Below are positions 62,521-64,000 of a stretch of DNA of 64,000 nt, one piece after another. A program made the position numbers and the translations under genes. The first letter of the stretch is position 1. Every line of letters starts with the position of its first letter. The stretch is from Planctomycetota bacterium (lineage in GTDB: Bacteria > Planctomycetota > B15-G4 > SIAN01), in the NCBI GenBank assembly GCA_031409275.1, contig JANNXA010000010.1:196040-260039 (forward strand), read 5' to 3'. Below the pieces are notes generated by a model that was given only the letters and a program-made list of their open reading frames with translations, made no database searches and had not been told where the DNA came from.

Positions 62521-64000
62521 TCACTGCACGGCCACCACAAATGGCGTGGCATCCATCAGCGGACCACGGCCGGCGCGGTTCTGGGCGTAGGCCATCAGCG
62601 TGAACTCCATACCACTGACGCTCGAGTCCACATCGGCGCAGAGCTGCAGTTCACCATTCGCGTCGAACGGGGCGAGCAAGAGCGGCTCGAAGAGCGGCGT
62701 GCCGTCGAGGTCGACCAGGACGATCAGGCCGAGCGTGCCGGGCGTGCCGGCGCGCAGGTCGACGACGACGGTGTCACCGTCCACCGGCGCCGACGGCTCG
62801 GCTTGGAGGTAGAGGTCGTTCAGGGCGAAGGCAAAGACCTTGCCGCCCTTGGGCTTGGGGTAGCGGACCAGCGGCGCGCCCACCACGAGGTCGGGAATGC
62901 CGTCGCCGTTCAGATCACCGCCGCTGGCCATCGACGCGCCAAACCAACCGCGCTTCTGGCCGTCCGCATAGAAACGGTAGAGCGGGCGCAGCGTCCTGCC
63001 TGAGCAGAGATCGACGCGGCCGGTGTCGGGGCCGTCGCGGTTGTCAGCGACTGCGGAAATCGCAATGTCATCGACACGATCCCCGTCGAGATCGCCGACG
63101 TTGCAGAGGACGTACCCCCAGTAGTCGAACCAGTTGTGCAAGTCCTGGTACGAGAACTCGAACAAGAGAGCATCCTTCGAGGGGGAATAGACTCGCAAGA
63201 TTCCGTCGCCGCGTCCGACGTAAACCAACAGGTCACCGCGACCATCTCCATCCCAGTCACCGGCGTCAAGAAGAGGCGCCCCGAACGGCTCATTCGCATC
63301 GTCGGTCGTGCTCCACATCAACGCACCTGTGGCACCCGAATACAGATCGATGCGGCCGCGACTGAGATTGGGGTCCGTCGTCGCAAGCGCGTAGTCAACG
63401 ACCGCATCGCCATCAACGTCTTGGCATCGAGAAATCGACAAGCCGAGCTTCTCACCGGCGACGGTGCCAGTATGCGACCGGATCACGTGAGCATTGACCG
63501 TCGACACGACGTAGACACGCCCGAAGTCCAACGTGCCCTGCTGAGGTGATGAAACCAGGATCTCATCAAAGCCGTCGCCGTCGATGTCACCGAGGGCGGC
63601 CATGAAGTTGCCGAAGTGGTCGTTCGTTTGTTCGCCAACGAGCTCCCAAATAGGCGCTCCGGAGCTTCCTGACAACAGCACTACACGACCCGCGTCGAAT
63701 CCACCATTGACATCGTCTCGAAACGGACCTGAAACCGCAATATCCGATACCCCGTCACCGTCAACATCCCGCACCACAACGAATTGCGCGCCAGCCCCTT
63801 CTTCGTCGCCGCACCAGTCAAAGAGCTTCAGGCCAGCGACCCCACCGACGAAATCGACGATGCCGTCGTTAAGGCCCGTGCAATCGACCCTAGAGCCGCC
63901 GACCACGACCTCGCTCCGTCCGTCACCATCAACGTCGGGCATGATTGCAGCACCGGAACCATAGTAATCGTCGGCCGTGGTTCGCTCGCGAGTCCACAGC
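62521..64000 (-). CDS. FG-GAP/integrin-alpha repeat protein (5' end outside the window)
   Basis: Seven DxDGDG-type repeats with GRV...SG motifs; frame open to the window edge; distinct C-terminal domain of about 100 aa. Confidence 0.9.
   Translation of the reverse strand, partial: LWTRERTTADDYYGSGAAIMPDVDGDGRSEVVVGGSRVDCTGLNDGIVDFVGGVAGLKLFDWCGDEEGAGAQFVVVRDVDGDGVSDIAVSGPFRDDVNGGFDAGRVVLLSGSSGAPIWELVGEQTNDHFGNFMAALGDIDGDGFDEILVSSPQQGTLDFGRVYVVSTVNAHVIRSHTGTVAGEKLGLSISRCQDVDGDAVVDYALATTDPNLSRGRIDLYSGATGALMWSTTDDANEPFGAPLLDAGDWDGDGRGDLLVYVGRGDGILRVYSPSKDALLFEFSYQDLHNWFDYWGYVLCNVGDLDGDRVDDIAISAVADNRDGPDTGRVDLCSGRTLRPLYRFYADGQKRGWFGASMASGGDLNGDGIPDLVVGAPLVRYPKPKGGKVFAFALNDLYLQAEPSAPVDGDTVVVDLRAGTPGTLGLIVLVDLDGTPLFEPLLLAPFDANGELQLCADVDSSVSGMEFTLMAYAQNRAGRGPLMDATPFVVAVQ

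Overview
Very GC-rich bacterial DNA, most likely from a Planctomycetota genome. This is inferred from a PVC-type heme-binding CxxCH protein, a TPR-tailed Ser/Thr kinase paired with an ECF sigma factor, and planctomycete-style secreted proteins. Most long ORFs in the supplied track are antisense shadows; about 40 real genes can be supported. Housekeeping content: alpha-2-macroglobulin (partial), mgtE, two pseudouridine synthases, a complete chemotaxis operon, mutM, a Deg-type protease, sdhCAB, an RlmL-like methylase and recD2. The accessory half (31-64 kb) holds two signalling modules. (i) A Ser/Thr kinase and ECF sigma pair, flanked by two paralogous PKD lipoproteins that share an identically spaced upstream motif and by two paralogous secreted (alpha/alpha)-barrel proteins. 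(ii) An ECF sigma, transmembrane anti-sigma and apparently extracytoplasmic CHAT (caspase-like) protease operon. This second operon is divergent from an operon headed by a small six-Cys secreted peptide, followed by a hairpin, a tetraheme UshA-like fusion, a membrane protein and an erythromycin-esterase-like gene. Also present: a 174-bp MITE with CTAG flanks, a sulfotransferase-GT2 fusion, and sigma28-like motifs shared by the che operon and the glycosyltransferase genes. No rRNA, tRNA or CRISPR array was seen. All calls are by eye, without database searches.
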